A program made the translations under genes and the position numbers. Under the pieces are notes generated by a model that made no database searches, was not told the DNA's origin, and saw only the letters and a list, made by a program, of their open reading frames with translations. 64,000 nucleotides of DNA from the human T2T-CHM13v2.0 reference genome, Homo sapiens: NCBI RefSeq assembly GCF_009914755.1, contig NC_060930.1; one strand, written 5' to 3'. This document shows positions 30,927-44,574 of the stretch, piece after piece (position 1 is the stretch's first letter; every line of letters starts with the position of its first letter).

Positions 30927-33900
30927 TCAGGTAGTAAACCAAGTTTAATATAGAAAAGAATCGTTCACTGAAATTCACAAGGAAAAATATCCCGGAGCAT
31001 CCTAAAAGGGGATGCAGAGGTGTGAAAACTGATATTACCTGTTGTGCTCCATGGTTTCATTCTTCTGGGATGGGGTGGTTGGGTGATGTTAGGAGTTGAA
31101 TTGGGCTTTTCTGAGGTATGCGTGGGTTTTATTTTTTTCTTCTCTGCTTGACTTTAAGATTTCTTTCACCCATAGCACTAAGCACTACGGAAACATGGAT
31201 GTGTTTCTTCAAATGCACAACTTGGATAATCAAGTAAATTATAAAGCAAATTTCAGTACTCTTGCCTCAGAACCGCTGCCATCTCTGCACCTGTAATGTA
31301 GACAGTGAAAACGCTGGTTATTTATTTTGTACTTTCTGCCTCTCAGATCTCTTGTGAGTTGACCCGATTTTTACAGCCCTTTTACCCAAGCAATGAGGAT
31401 TCTTCCCCACTCTACTTCCCTCCACCCCTCAACCCTATAACTGAGTGGCTTAGGAGATCTGTAACTGGGATGAAGCAGCTGTTGGCTTCACGCCGTCCTC
31501 TAACTTGATTATTCTTTGGACACGTTAGGCAAGCATTAGTGATTGATAATGACGCTAATTAACCCCTTTCCTTTCCAAACAGTAAACTGCTGCCAGCAGG
31601 ATGCTACAAACAATAAATATAAAACACTGCATACATCAATATCTGTTTAAAGCACAACTTCATTTGGGCACATTTAACTGTACTGCTTTCAGTTAACAAT
31701 TGGGTATTTATTCAAGTACTTCTCCAAAAGCCAAAGGGGGAAGCAGAGGAAGAGAGAGGGTTAAGAAAAGGAGCCTGTGGCTTTAAGACCACAAAATGCT
31801 GTCATACCTGTCAGCTGCAGCAAAGTTAAGCTCTCATGGAAACCATGCATAATTTTTTTTATTTCAAGTCTATACTTTTAAAAAACTTAATTAATCCAGC
31901 TTTGTTCTTAACCTATTTAAACTTAACGCAAGGCTGATGACCACAGATGATTTTTTTCTTTGTGGGAGAAAGTAGCTCTCCTGCCTGACATGGAATTATT
32001 GTGAATTTACTTTTGGCTGACAAAAGGAATGGGGAGACATCATCTCTTTCAGAGGGTGGTAAAATGTATATGTTAAGCAGGATTTGGGGAAACCAGGGCA
32101 AATTTGATCTGACTGTGCAGTCTAACATAACCTGAGTTGTAAAGAAATGTACATTAAATTTGGAATTTTGATAAATGAATATTCCTAGCAAGTGAATAAA
32201 ATGTATTCAATTAACTAAAACCCTGTGCACTTCTGAACTGAAGTGGAATCGACTGTAATTGATTTATTTGAAACCAGAGGTTAAGGACTGAATTAGCTAA
32301 GTACAACTGGGTATTTCAAGCCACTGACTTCTCAAATGTCAAATCCCTTCTATTTTAAATATTATTTCAGCTGCGGGGCATTGCAGTCCTGATGGTAGTT
32401 CCATCAAGAACGCAAATTGTATTAATATTCGATTTTGGGGAGGAATGGATGGGATTGTAATTTTTAAAGGGTGTTAGAGAATAGAGGGGGTAATGATGAC
32501 TACCAAACTCGAAGGAGCATTGTGTTTCCATAAAAATTGGGTGTGGTAATTAGCATAGCCTGGCAAGCATCCTTATAATTCAACTATGTATCCTAATTTA
32601 GTTTAGTCAAAAAAAATCACTGTTGTTAGTTTACAAACACCTGTCCTGTCAACTAATCACCATGTGTTTTAGAAAGTATACATTGGTCACCACAGAGAAA
32701 GCCAAAATCCACCGAGCCTTTGGTTAGCCCAATAAAAGTTATTTTTAATATAACCTCTCTAATCCTCCCATTTCTTAAAAATATATGTAACTTTTTAAAA
32801 ATTTTGTTTAAAAAAAAAAGGGTGACAATATCATGATCTTCAAAATGTCCACCTACCGAATAAAAATAACTAATTCTCTGCATTTGGAAACCATTGTTTA
32901 TTATGACCTTGTAATGTTCTAACCCACTATTTCCTTTCTGTCTTTCTCAGGATGCAAGGATTATATTGGGTTCAGGTTTTCCAACATAACAAGCATCTGT
33001 AAATCCAGATATGAATGAATGGTATTTAATAAGATTGTTTTCGTTTTAAAATGAGTATTTATGTGTCATTGGAGGCAGAGCAGCAATGTATGGCTGTTTA
33101 TGAATGCTATTGTGCCTGAGGTTAGGATCCCCCACACAATCTGAGATGCAGCCAAGAAAAACAGCCCTGATAGACAATGCTTCACTTCACCTGCTACAAT
33201 GCTGTGTGCATTTCATTTCTGTCAAGAGTATGTACAGTTAGGGTTCATTCGCCTCATTATTTTGTTACATCTACGTTACAGTTAACCAGTCTCTCTAGGA
33301 AATAATAAATAACCGCTTTAAAAAACAATTGCCGCGTTGCGTTCTGAGAATACACTTTCCATTTGAATTCTTTTTTAAACCCACCATTGTTATGAATTCT
33401 CTGGCTTCGGAAAATAGAATTCAGACTCCACCAACTCGCGTTCGTTTGTCGAGATTGATTTTACACTGCCTTCCATAAGGAGATTAGAAAGCAAAAGGCT
33501 GCAAAATGGACACTCTCTAATGCTTTGCTTCCTTGGTCCTTCGGAATGTCAGAGCGCAGGAACAAATGTGAAATCCTACCAGTCTGTCTACCTAGACACT
33601 TGTTCTGTGGCCTTTCCTCTCAACCTTCCAGTTAACCACCTCCTTTTGCTTGTTAAAAATCCTCTTCACTTCCAAAGCAAAGAATTTCCAAATCAGTTTA
33701 CAAAAGCTCTGGATTCGCCATCTTTATGCACAGGAAGTCCTTCCTTCTCTCAGAGCTCAGCACACAGTCCTCTTATTGTAGAAGACAGATAGGAGAGGTC
33801 TGGAGAGGCAGGCTTCACAGCCCTCCCCCATCCTCCCCACCCCACCTCAGAGAACGTTTTGTATTTCTAAAAGGTTCTAAGAGGAGCCCTGTGGTGATAG

Positions 33901-34427
33901 GAAGGGGTGGGCTGGCATTTAGGGGCAAGCAGGAAAGATTCCAGGGATCAACATCATTTCCCACTCCCCTCTCTACCTCGAGAGCTACTGAAGAACAGCA
34001 CAGTAGTAAATTCATCTCTAAATAAAATATGAAAATAAATGGGAGACAATTTGCCCTCTCTTTCCCTGCTACATGTATATTTCTGCCACTATTCCTTTTC
34101 TCCCGCCAGAAATCTAGAGCTGGTCTGAGCTCATTTGCCCGTCTTAGCCGCTGACTACCCTGAGCAAGCAAGTGAAGGTTGAAGTCGGTATTTCCTTTGT
34201 GCTAATGAACTAACAATTTAAATCTCAGTTATCCTCTGAGACAAATTCCAAAGCAGTTATGGGGGGCGGGGGGGGGGGGCTGTTAGGCGGGGGGCCTGCT
34301 GGTGGGAAGTTTCTTCTGTTCTTCTCCATCTTCCTTGTCATCCTTAACATTTGGTCCTGGAGATTTTATATTTTGGTTTCCAAAACACAAATGAAAACCT
34401 AAAGGATCAACATAAATAAAATAAAAC

Positions 34428-34433
34428 TTTATT
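34428..34433 (-). terminator. Distal polyadenylation signal AATAAA of TFAP2A
   Basis: Plus-strand TTTATT; downstream minus strand reads GU/U-rich (tttaggttttcatttgtgttttgg). Confidence 0.7.
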
Positions 34434-36005
34434 TTTAATAATAAAATTAATGTTTCTAGTAAGGAAAAGACAGTATGTCATTCCTTTAGCAGTACAAACA
34501 ATCTTTTATCCAAAAGAATACATTGGGTTTTATTGTGTCATTTGTCTGAATACAGACACAGTGGAATATCTAAATGATACCCTGCTCTGAACTCCAAGTT
34601 GAAAGTAAGTTTTTATTATACTTGAGGGAAACAATGGGTTCAGCTGCTTATTGCAAGGAGCAATTGCCAAGGGAGAGTTAAACTCAATTACTGTAACCAT
34701 ACTGAATAAAAAATACTGCCAAGAACAAAAATACGCCTGGGTAAAGACAGCCACTGAATAAAAAAAAATCGACATAAAGCGTATCAAATATTTATTTATC
34801 TGGGCAACAAAGGACTATGATACATTGACAGGCATGGAAACTACTGCCAGCACAACTCAATACAATGCAACTAGAACTGCTTCCAATATGGCCAGTGAAA
34901 ATACAGAATACCAGGTGGTCCCAAATGTTTGAAGTTCTTTGAACAGAAAGAGAGAGGAGAGAGAGAGAGAGAGGAAAATTCCCTAACCCTTGGTTTAAAG
35001 ACAATATTCATTTATTGCTCAAATGATGCTTTTAAGGGAGGACAGTGGAATAAAATAAACTTTTTTTTTTCTCCCTACAATACATAGAAGGGTTATCAAA
35101 CCACTCAAGTTTCAAAATCTTTCCAGGGTCCAATATCACTTTTTTTCTTTCGGTTCAATGAAAAGCTAAATGTAATAATACTAATTATAGATAAAATTTT
35201 ATTTTACTTTTTAAAAATTTGTCCAGCTGTTTGTCACCTTTAACATGCTACAACAGGGCTAAATTCATGAATCCCAGAGAAAAAAATCCCCCAAACACTG
35301 GATTTCTAAATCAGTACCATGAACCACATGAAGAACTAATAGGGAAGATTCAAAACCCACTAAACAAGAGGTAAACAAGATCAGATAAATAAAAAAAAAA
35401 AGGCTTAAAACAGACTCACCATATTTACAATTCCCATTAAATTACACATAAATAAATATATACAGAGACGTGAACACTGATTCCCTTATATAACTGCGAA
35501 TCGTGTTGCCAGAGAAAGTTCAAGTTGGTCGCTTTACCTTAAAGAGGAAAAACTTCTACAACTGAAGACATGACATGGAACTTCGTGTATTTGTGTTCAA
35601 GTTTATTCACAATACTGATAAAAATGTTGTCATCATCTTTTGGCTTTTTTTTTTTTTTTAAGTATGGCTACAATCTGAACTGAAGTATGTAAGGGAAGGT
35701 GGTGACTCAGTCCCATGAAGCGCATATAATTTTTTTTATTTTCACTTTTTTTTTAGAAAAAAGTTTTTAATTTTTGTTGTTGTTGTTGCTGTTGTTGATT
35801 TGTTGTTTTGTTTAAAAAAAAAAGGGTTCACAAACTTGGCAGAACTTTTCTCTGCTGGCTTCACGGCCTGTTCTGTTCTCTTAGGCTCCACATGAGGGCA
35901 CAGGGGTGTGGGAGCGGGTGGGGAGGTCGAGGCGGGTGCAGAGTCGGAGAGGCTGCCCCACTGACAGTCGAGAGGGCAGTCCCGGAGACTCGGGGGGACC
36001 CAAGG

Positions 36006-36053
36006 GCAGCGGCGGCGGCGGCGGCGGCAGCAGCAGCAGCAGTAGCAGCAGCA
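36006..36053 (-). repeat. Interrupted (CTG)n(CCG)n trinucleotide tract in the TFAP2A 3' UTR
   Basis: Plus strand gcagcggcggcggcggcggcggcagcagcagcagcagtagcagcagca. Confidence 0.95.
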
Positions 36054-36146
36054 GGAAGGGTTGCTGATCCCGGAGCTGTCACCCGCCGGAGGGTGGGCGC
36101 GCGGGGGGCTGGTGAGGCGTGGGAGGGGCGGGGCGGGAGGAGAGCC

Positions 36147-36476
<330 letters not shown>

Positions 36477-37626
36477 CTATGGGCAGCACTAGCAGCAAAG
36501 AGAAAACCTCCCTCCCTGCAGCTACCTCTGCCGGGATCCAGCCGGTACCTGACATGACCCAAGACCCCAGAGACAGACAGTGTGGCCACATGTTGGGAGA
36601 TCCAGCCACCTTTCAGTGACCACTAAACCATCTCTCTTTACTTCCTACCTTCACAAATGACTCTCTCTCTCTTTCCTCTCAGATATGGTAAACTTTTATT
36701 CCCACCTTTCTCCCTCACACAAAACATCCTAGACATAGGAAACCATTTCACACATTGGAAGAGAAAGAAAGGAGTCACGCAGACCGGAAGTCAGAAACAG
36801 TAGCATCTTGCGAACATTATGCTGCAGCCATCAGCCTTCCTATTCAAAATGTCATAAAGACCCTCTTCCCTGCTCCTCTAGAGAGACCTCAGCAGCAGTT
36901 TGTAGAATGAAGTCCACACTCGTTCACCTTCAAATCAAATTCAGGTCAATGTGGACAGAGAGACAAAACTTTACTTGGGATTATTTTGCCTTTAAAAAAC
37001 AAGAATAACAAAAAAACAAAACGGGCCCACACAAGCCCTGTTACTTGGAGATAATTCAAAGTAGTGTTTGGGAAGAAGAAACAGACATTTCGATTTCCCA
37101 TTCCTCCTCTTTCCCCACATAGCTCAAAATAAAAATACTGCAGGGAAATTGTGGAGATGGGTGTGCTTACGAAGCCTGGGGAAAGAGAAAGTTGAAATTT
37201 CGCAGAGGTAGATGAGGCCTGCACTCAGGAAGCTCTGTCTCTGAATCTGGGAAGCAAGGGCTAGCTGGGGCCTTCCAGGGGCAGCAGCAGCCTGGCCTGG
37301 GGGGCTGGGGAGGGGGATGAATGAGGAGCCTGGGCTGGCTCCCTTCTCCAAGGCCAGCTGATGTCCCCAGGCCAGAAACAGGGTCCCACCCAAGGCCTCA
37401 GCTTCTGCCCTCTGCTTCCATGCCCTCCTGTGACATCAACTTTGATAATTAAGGGCTTCCAAACAAGCCTTTTAATTTCCAGAAAACACATCAAAACAGT
37501 CATTTTCTTTTCACACATCACCTGGAGAAGCCTATTCAGCCCAGGCACCGATGGGAATATAACTTGGGCCATTTTGAAATCTATTTGACTTCTCGCCTGT
37601 GGGCTAAAACTTATGTGGGGTGTGGG

Positions 37627-37675
37627 TCTCTCTCTCTCTCTCTCTCTCTCTGTCTGTGTGTGTGTGTGTGTGTGT
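37627..37675. repeat. Compound (TC)n(TG)n microsatellite, intron 6
   Basis: Seen directly. Confidence 0.95.
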
Positions 37676-38176
37676 CACTTTCGAGAAGGGGTTGTGAAAG
37701 GAAGGTAAGAAATGGAATAACAGATTAGGGTTGAAACTAGGACAGCTTCTGGCTTGCACATTTTGCAGGCCACTGTTTAATCTTTGCCCTTGGAGAACAT
37801 ATTGATAGGATACAAAAACTGATATAGGTAAGCCTGTTACCCCTTTGAGGATTTGATTCTGGTCTTTCTGAAACAACATAGTCACAAATCCACCCTTAAC
37901 TTCAGTCAAACCCCTCCTACAACCCACTCCCATACACACTCATTAAAAAAAAAAAAAAATGAGTAAATGGGACAGATGAGAGGAAAAAGATGGGAGCGCC
38001 CAAGAATCCCACCTGTATTTCTTCCTTAACATAGACTATATATAAGATGGTGTTATAACTGCAACAAAGCTGATTAACACAAAAGGAAAACAAGGGAGAA
38101 GGAAGAGCAAAAACGATTTTTGTTTCTCTTTCTCTTGACAACGAGACACAGAGACCCCATAGAGGTAAATGCCTTA

Positions 38177-38398
<222 letters not shown>

Positions 38399-38679
38399 CT
38401 AATTCCCTTCACCCCAGATGTTGCAGGAAACACAAACTACTTGTTTTCTCATTTCAGGCATTTTATTTCCTTCTCTGTAGGATCTGGTGGATGCATTTAT
38501 CAGGAAAAATGACCACTTCTCCTAGAGGGCCAAGAAGACTTGAAAATGAAAATCTCATCCACCAACCTCCAGTCCCATCCCCCACCCTAAATGACACTTC
38601 TCCAAATTCTCTTTTAAAATGCTTCTTGTATTCCAACTTCACACCTATCAACACATTCATAAATGATATTCATAATTAC

Positions 38680-38990
38680 TCTTTGAGCTTTTCTGCAAGG
38701 GAACAACTGAGGGGTTACATTTTAACTTGATCACATAAATTATCTGTTCATCCAAACCGATTAACCAAGAGGATTTGAGGGTCACTCCACTGAGTCTGTC
38801 TGTGTTGTTGATTTTCGAATCTTTGGTTTTAATTTCCTGAACCAGTTGGTTTTTACTGCAGGGCTTCCTGCCATTAGCTCCAGCTCCGGAAGAACGCATG
38901 CGCCAATTAGAGCATCAAAGCCCTCTCCGCAGAGCTTGTTTCCATAAAATGGAGCGGATCACAAACAATAACAGTTCTCCAGAAACTGCC
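38680..38990. promoter_or_regulatory. Intron-5 enhancer-like motif cluster
   Basis: ETS, homeobox, TCF/LEF, HOX13/CDX, SOX and STAT-like motifs within about 150 bp; TFAP2A intron 5 is known to harbour a face/limb mesenchyme enhancer. Confidence 0.55.
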
Positions 38991-40006
38991 TCCCTGCTAC
39001 AGAACTCAACCCCCAAACCCAGACGAACTCCACGCTATACCTTAAGCCACCACTACCATTTTCTTGGCTTATAATTCTTTTGGAGTATGAATAGTGGGTT
39101 CTCTATGGACTGTTATGATTTTTAATGTAATGGTACTGTAGTTGAGTTTCTGGCACTGAACAATTGCTGATTTTCTAAACAGTTATATTACTATCAATCT
39201 CTGACATCATCAACAAAGAGAATTCATAGGATTCCTCCTCAAATATATGGTTTTAAACATTTTAAAAAATAATTTACAAAGCCAGAACTTAAATTCAATT
39301 GTAATATATCTCCTCAAATACAAGATGTGAATGAAATAAAATGACTTCTTTAAATATATATACATGCTAGTTTTAAAATCTGTCTGGTAATTAAAGTAAC
39401 TTTTTTTTCCCTGTTAGCATGAGATATTTACAATAGGACACAAAGAAAAACACAGGAGAGCTATAGATTCATTCCAGTACACCAAAACCTAGGCCAATCT
39501 TGTATCAGAAAAACTTAATCTAGAGGCAGCAGGAATATGAGTGGCTTCCGGTGGCAGTTATCTAGAGCAGGGAGTGAGGATAAGGGTTGGCTTTTTGTTT
39601 TGAGGCATTTGGAAGGGTGTATGTATGTTTAAAGCTACCAGGAGAAACTTTTTGCAATGCTTATATTTATCTTTCCATATCCACATCATCCAGAATCAAA
39701 AATTGCTCACTTTTCTTCTTCTCCAAGAGAAAAGCACAATTAAAGAGATAAGGGAGCATATGTTTGGAAAACAAAGACCTGAAAGGGCACATAACCCTGA
39801 GCTTTCAGGATGGTCTTAAATCAGGACGCAGGTCAAAGATTCCCAAATTAATTCAGGAAGTAATGGTCACGCATTTCTCAAACGCAGATGTCAGAATAAC
39901 TTAAGTTATTTACTGCTGAGCCCTTTAAAGGAGACAAACTTGGAGAATGTGCAGTTCTTAAACTTGTGCGTTGTTTAGCTCAGAATTAGGCTGGGGAGGT
40001 GTAACT

Positions 40007-40345
<339 letters not shown>

Positions 40346-41679
40346 TCACAAATATATGCGAGAAAGGGATTTAGAAAACATTGGGTTGCTCTGCACCACA
40401 TTAAAATCATTTTGAAAGCTTCCTAAAATGTGCTTTCAAAAACTGAGAAGCTTGGCCCCAAGACATTTAAAGGAGGGAAACCTAGGAATAGTACAGAAGT
40501 TCATAGGAGATAAACGCCTGTTAAACTGTAAAGCACCCCCTACGTTCAGTTATTATTGCAACTCTTGTGGCAGGTTGGAAGGTTTTGATTTCCCAACTCT
40601 CTAAAGAAGAACCACAAACAAACACAGCCCCATCTCTAGGGTTTGAGGTATTGAGTTCAACTGATTCCTGTATATTTTCTCTGCTGTTACAATCACACCA
40701 ATCCCAATGGGGTCTTTAAAACTGTCTTTGCAAGATATGCTGTTAGGTTGTTCCGAGTAACCAAAGTTATCATCACTCTCACGTTTCTTGCTCTGGCTCT
40801 AGCCCCAAAGGGAAATTCGTTTCGCCAACTGTTTACGTGCCATGTCACCAGCCTAACTGGAAATGTCAAAAGCTGATATCAGCCCTAAAAGTTTCACTGA
40901 TTTCAGAGACAATGGAGGCAGTTCTAAACAGATGTCTAAATAGAATCCCATAATCAGAAAGTGGTTAAGATAAATTGTTTAAATAAAACAGCAAATTAAT
41001 TAATTTCAGATTTTATTCCCTACTCAAGTGCTCTTTAATTGTGTGGATTAGATTATACTCCCCTAGGTAAACAGTCTCCAATATTGGGGATGGGGGAAGG
41101 GAAGGAAAAAGCAGAGGGCAAGGAAAAGATCTGTGTCAGTGAAAGACTACAAAGGGAAAGCAAAATGACTGTGCAGGAGGAAGAAAAGACTAGAATGGTT
41201 GATGTTAAACCCTTCCAAAAAATGATCTTTATAGGCTTTGTGCGGGATATAGCCACTAGAAAGGAACTGTGGGTCTATCAACACATAAGTAAATGAATAA
41301 CAGTCAAAACAATGAAGTTCTCAGTATTATTAAAGAAGAGAAGAAACATTATCCGGGTAAGTTCAACACAAGCCCCACAACTCACAACGTGCAGTGGAAT
41401 CCTAGGGGTAGGAAGCCCACAGCAGGGAGAAAACTGCCCTAAGGGAAGGTGCTTTACCTTGCTGACCCTTATAAAATCTTATCTACTAAATGAATCACTC
41501 AAACCTCGCAGGGGTGAGGTAAGAATCCCTGGCTATGTATGTAACAGATGCATTCCTTGGTAGTGACTACACACAATGCACGTAAACATGCTCGCACGCA
41601 GCCTGGCACACATCAGGGCCTCAGTAAATTGGGAATCATCATCATATGCAAACGCCTATAGTATGGGGGTCTGGAGATG

Positions 41680-42830
<1,151 letters not shown>

Positions 42831-44522
42831 CACGGGTTCAGGGTGCAGGGGAGGGAATTACATTTGCAAACCGAGAGCAAGTTACTTGTACTTCAGGGGT
42901 TTTGCTGGGTGGGGTTTTAGTGTCGGGGAAAAACTGCTTCAAAGACCCATTATTAAAATCAGCCGACAATTTAGATGGCTAAAGCACCCTGTAAACGAGC
43001 GTTTTAATTGAGGCACCACGCTGGGAAGTGGTGGATTTTGTTGTCCACACCACACGTCCCGTCTTTTTGATAAATAGGCCCTTTCCTATGTTCAATTTTG
43101 AAAACGTCTCAGTTTTGGAGATCCATTCCAAGGCCAGTTTTGAACTGCGGAGTGGGGAGGGAAGAACAGGCCTACAGTGGAATACTAGCAATGTGCCCTT
43201 TTGTTAAGTAAATACTTAACAGTCCTCTGCTAAAGCGCCTTTATTGGGAAAGTGGGTATATATACTTCCTAGTTAAAACCATAAGCTCTTTATTGCTGGA
43301 CTCACCACTGTTAGAAAAAAAAAAAATAGAAGACCTGCAGAAAGTATACTAATGCATTACGTTTCTCAGCACCAGTGTAATTCAGATGCATTCACAACCA
43401 TTTAAGTACAGTATGCATTGTATTTTAAAATTCCATTTGGAGACATCATATGCACACAATCTCATCACAGTGTTCCTTATGCGTTCTTTAATGGGGATAT
43501 GCTAGAGGTATAGGGAGGTGGGGGGCTCTAGGTTTTGGATAGATCACTTGTGACATTAATAGCTCTGGGGAGGCTAATAGAGACAATAGGAGTTAAACGA
43601 ACTCTTGAGAGATTACTAATAAAAGAGCCAATTATCATGTCGACTTGGAAAGAGCATCTCTTAAGATTTATCCCTTGCACATCTAATTTGACGTGACAAA
43701 GACTTCACAGATGCAAAAATGAAACTTTAAACTAGCTAACAATATACTGATTGGGGTTAGAAATGAGAACAGTTTTATATAGCATCGTCCTCTGGTGGTG
43801 CCTAGAATCCTGAAATGTAACATTGCCACCATAACCAAAAAAAAAGCTGCTACCAAGAGTGAATAGCATTTAATTCAGTAAACTTTATTTCTACTCACTA
43901 AACACAATACAGATTACAAATCCATGCAAATCACTTGACACTTTTCTAACAATTTCTCCTCTGAACAAGTATGCTAATATTCCTCCCATCTTCAAGATAC
44001 TAATTTTAACCAAAAGCTAAAATTTTGTTAACCTAATTCACAAAGTTCTAAGACCCTTAAACAGCTAACAAGAAACTAAATTGAAGAACATGAATGTTTT
44101 TTTCCTCTACTAAAGAGTGCTTCTTATCATCTGTTCTTACATTAATGTTAAATTATTTGTACTATTTTAGCATTATACACTTCTTAACCTTCATCCAGGC
44201 AATGGATTAAACTATCAAACTGTTTCAAAATTGAAATGCCACTTCCAAATCAGTTCAACTACTGTACATTTTGTGTGTTTGTCCAAATATCATTAAACTA
44301 AATTAAATGGTCAAATCATGAGTCAGAACAAAGCTAGCCTGTTGGCATTACCAACATACTGAAGGCTGATTATTTAAGCATTGCTGTTCTGTGCCTATCT
44401 ATTTGCTAATTCTGAGCCTTTAGGAAATCCTATTTGGAAAAAATAAACACATCTCTGCAAGTTCTTTTAAATAGCACTCTGCCTGTAAGGACATGCTTGG
44501 AATGCAGAAGGAAATGGCTTAC

Positions 44523-44574
44523 CTTTCTTAATTACAGTTTGATCTGGGATGTTAATACCCGGGTCTTCTACATG
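44523..44574 (-). CDS. TFAP2A: TFAP2A exon 3 (52 nt)
   Basis: cag|CATGTAGAA...AAGAAAG|gtaagc; HVEDPGINIPDQTVIKK(G). Confidence 0.97.

Larger units (their letters stand above)
34407..36146 (-). other. TFAP2A: TFAP2A 3' UTR
   Basis: Follows the stop codon; AU-rich; distal AATAAA at 34433-34428 followed by a U/GU-rich downstream element. Confidence 0.8.
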
